This document shows, piece by piece, positions 7,385-8,577 of a stretch of 8,577 nucleotides of DNA. The number at the start of each line of letters is the position of its first letter. The stretch's first letter is position 1. The notes under the pieces were generated by a model. The model made no database searches. It saw nothing but the letters and a program-made list of their open reading frames with translations, and had not been told where the DNA came from. The DNA lies in NCBI GenBank assembly GCA_048886185.1, contig JBHLKY010000055.1:1-8577 (forward strand), in the 5' to 3' direction. Made by a program: the position numbers and the translations under genes. This DNA is from Candidatus Hermodarchaeota archaeon (lineage in GTDB: Archaea > Asgardarchaeota > Heimdallarchaeia > Hodarchaeales > Hodarchaeaceae).

Positions 7385-8128
7385 ATGCCTCGTAATTTTG
7401 TTGATTCACTCAATTCTAAAGATGAATCACAGTTATCGGCATGTCTTCATACTGCTAGCTGGCTAGGCTTTAGAGAGATTTGGATTAGCAATCTAACAAA
7501 AGAAGGAAGGAAAATGATCACACAACCTCCCTTCACATCGTTGGTACAAATATACGAACGATTAGATATTGGAAATAACAATGAATCGAAAACTCAAATT
7601 GTATCGTGCCTTCGTCACCAAAGAAGAACAGTCCCTATCATTGCAGTAACATGTCAGACTCCTGAACTCACAGCATGGGCAGCCCAAGACAATCGTGTTG
7701 ATATTTTGAAATTTCCTGTTTTTCAGATTGGAAAATTAATGTCACGATCCATTGCAAATCTAATGATTAAATTTCAAAAGCACTTGGAAATTCAACTTGC
7801 CGAAATATACTCCCTTCCTGAACGGCAACAAATTCCAGCTTTTCGACAGATCCGTTCTGCATTAGATATAGCTTCTCAGAAGAAAGTTCCAATTCTCTTC
7901 ACCTCAGGAAGTAAAAATCTAAGTCAAATACGCTCACCACGAGAACTAGCATCCTTGGGCCAAATGTTGCTTACGAGTTCTGCAATGCCTCTAGATTCAC
8001 TTAGTCTTATTCCACAGCGATTAATCCAAAAGAACCTGATTAAGATCAGTCCAGATTATATCGCACCAGGGGTGTTCAAGATAACGTCCAGTCCAGAATT
8101 ATTAATGAGCGAGAATGAGGAGGAATGA
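7385..8128 (+). CDS. rnp3: Ribonuclease P protein component 3 (Rpp30 homolog, PHP-like barrel). ORF track starts at 7379; 7385 preferred from SD spacing
   Basis: A..LGF near the N-terminus, AAQDNRVDIL, HLEIQL, VPILFTSGS...QIRSPREL motifs. Conserved position between rpl15e and Pop5. Confidence 0.9.
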   Translation: MPRNFVDSLNSKDESQLSACLHTASWLGFREIWISNLTKEGRKMITQPPFTSLVQIYERLDIGNNNESKTQIVSCLRHQRRTVPIIAVTCQTPELTAWAAQDNRVDILKFPVFQIGKLMSRSIANLMIKFQKHLEIQLAEIYSLPERQQIPAFRQIRSALDIASQKKVPILFTSGSKNLSQIRSPRELASLGQMLLTSSAMPLDSLSLIPQRLIQKNLIKISPDYIAPGVFKITSSPELLMSENEEE

Positions 8129-8535
8129 AACTTATGGATGAAAGGAATCGATACATTATTATTCGATTTATCAGTCCTATTCAGCTCCAAGAGAAGGATG
8201 CCTGGTTTATTGTATCATCAGAATTAAAAAGACTTTTTGGTGCATATGGAGCAGCGGAAGTGGGCCTTTTTCTCTCTTATTTTGATGAAAAATCGCAAGG
8301 GGGGATTTTTAGAGCAGCACATAAATCTGTCTGTCGCGTTAGAACGGCGCTTTGTTTTATCCACATAAGACACAATAATCCCCTATTCTTATATTCAGAA
8401 AATGTCAGTGGGTCATTGAAAAAAGCGAAAATCCTATTAACAGGTACAAAACATATAAAACGAGCCCATACTATCCGAAAAATGCTGGAGAACTATTGGG
8501 AAGAAAGCCTTGATGATGACACGAAACTACACTGA
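8125..8535 (+). CDS. rnp2: Ribonuclease P protein component 2 (Pop5/Rpp14 family), 136 aa
   Basis: RNRYIII, LFGAYGAA, GIFRAAH...VRTAL and VSGSLKKAK motifs. ATGA overlap with the rnp3 stop (8125-8128) and GAGGAGG at 8117-8123. Confidence 0.92.
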   Translation: MKLMDERNRYIIIRFISPIQLQEKDAWFIVSSELKRLFGAYGAAEVGLFLSYFDEKSQGGIFRAAHKSVCRVRTALCFIHIRHNNPLFLYSENVSGSLKKAKILLTGTKHIKRAHTIRKMLENYWEESLDDDTKLH

Positions 8536-8571
8536 AGTAGATGTTGAAACCGTCCCAGTCTGAGAGGCTTT
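8504..8571 (+). ncRNA. Box C/D 2'-O-methylation guide sRNA. D guide predicted to target the LSU rRNA P-loop G equivalent to E. coli G2251
   Basis: C box AUGAUGA 8513-8519; guide CACGAAACUACA 8520-8531; D' CUGA 8532-8535; C' AUGUUGA 8541-8547 (one mismatch); guide AACCGUCCCAGU 8548-8559; D CUGA 8560-8563. Terminal stem AAAGCCU 8504-8510 / AGGCUUU 8565-8571 plus U8511-G8564 wobble. The D guide pairs over 11 nt (one G-U) with the conserved rRNA ACUGGGGCGGU. Confidence 0.9.
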
Positions 8572-8577
8572 ATTAAG

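Noticed and set aside
8533-8547. Selenocysteine or read-through at the Pop5 TGA
   Set aside because: A second in-frame TGA follows after three codons, no SECIS is recognisable, and both TGAs are explained as sRNA D' and C' boxes.
8562-8577. AGGCTTTATTAAG as BRE/TATA for the next gene
   Set aside because: AGGCTTT is fully accounted for as the 3' strand of the sRNA terminal stem. A dual role is possible but cannot be assessed at the window edge.
1-8577. CRISPR arrays, tRNAs, rRNAs, IS elements or integrases
   Set aside because: No regularly spaced repeats, cloverleaf or T-loop motifs, terminal inverted repeats or transposase-like ORFs were seen.

Overview
AT-rich archaeal housekeeping window. 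An Asgard/Heimdallarchaeia-type origin is inferred from protein style and the large orphan TPR gene, not proven. Gene order: B12-domain-like radical SAM protein (+), large TPR/alpha-solenoid protein (-), Ygr210/YchF-type Obg-family NTPase (+), DUF2095-like protein and SerA-like 2-hydroxyacid dehydrogenase (both -), a 517-bp divergent intergenic region, then rpl15e - RNase P Rpp30 (rnp3) - RNase P Pop5 (rnp2). These last three open the conserved archaeal exosome/proteasome superoperon. The most notable element is absent from the ORF track: a near-textbook box C/D guide sRNA at 8504-8571, with C, D', C' and D boxes, two 12-nt guides and an 8-bp terminal stem in kink-turn geometry. It overlaps the last 10 codons of Pop5 and its D' box contains the Pop5 stop codon. 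Its D guide is complementary to the LSU rRNA P-loop, and the N+5 rule lands on the E. coli G2251-equivalent (Gm2251). Second, the rpl15e 5' region can fold into mutually exclusive Shine-Dalgarno-sequestering and SD-free structures, consistent with a ribosomal-protein leader.
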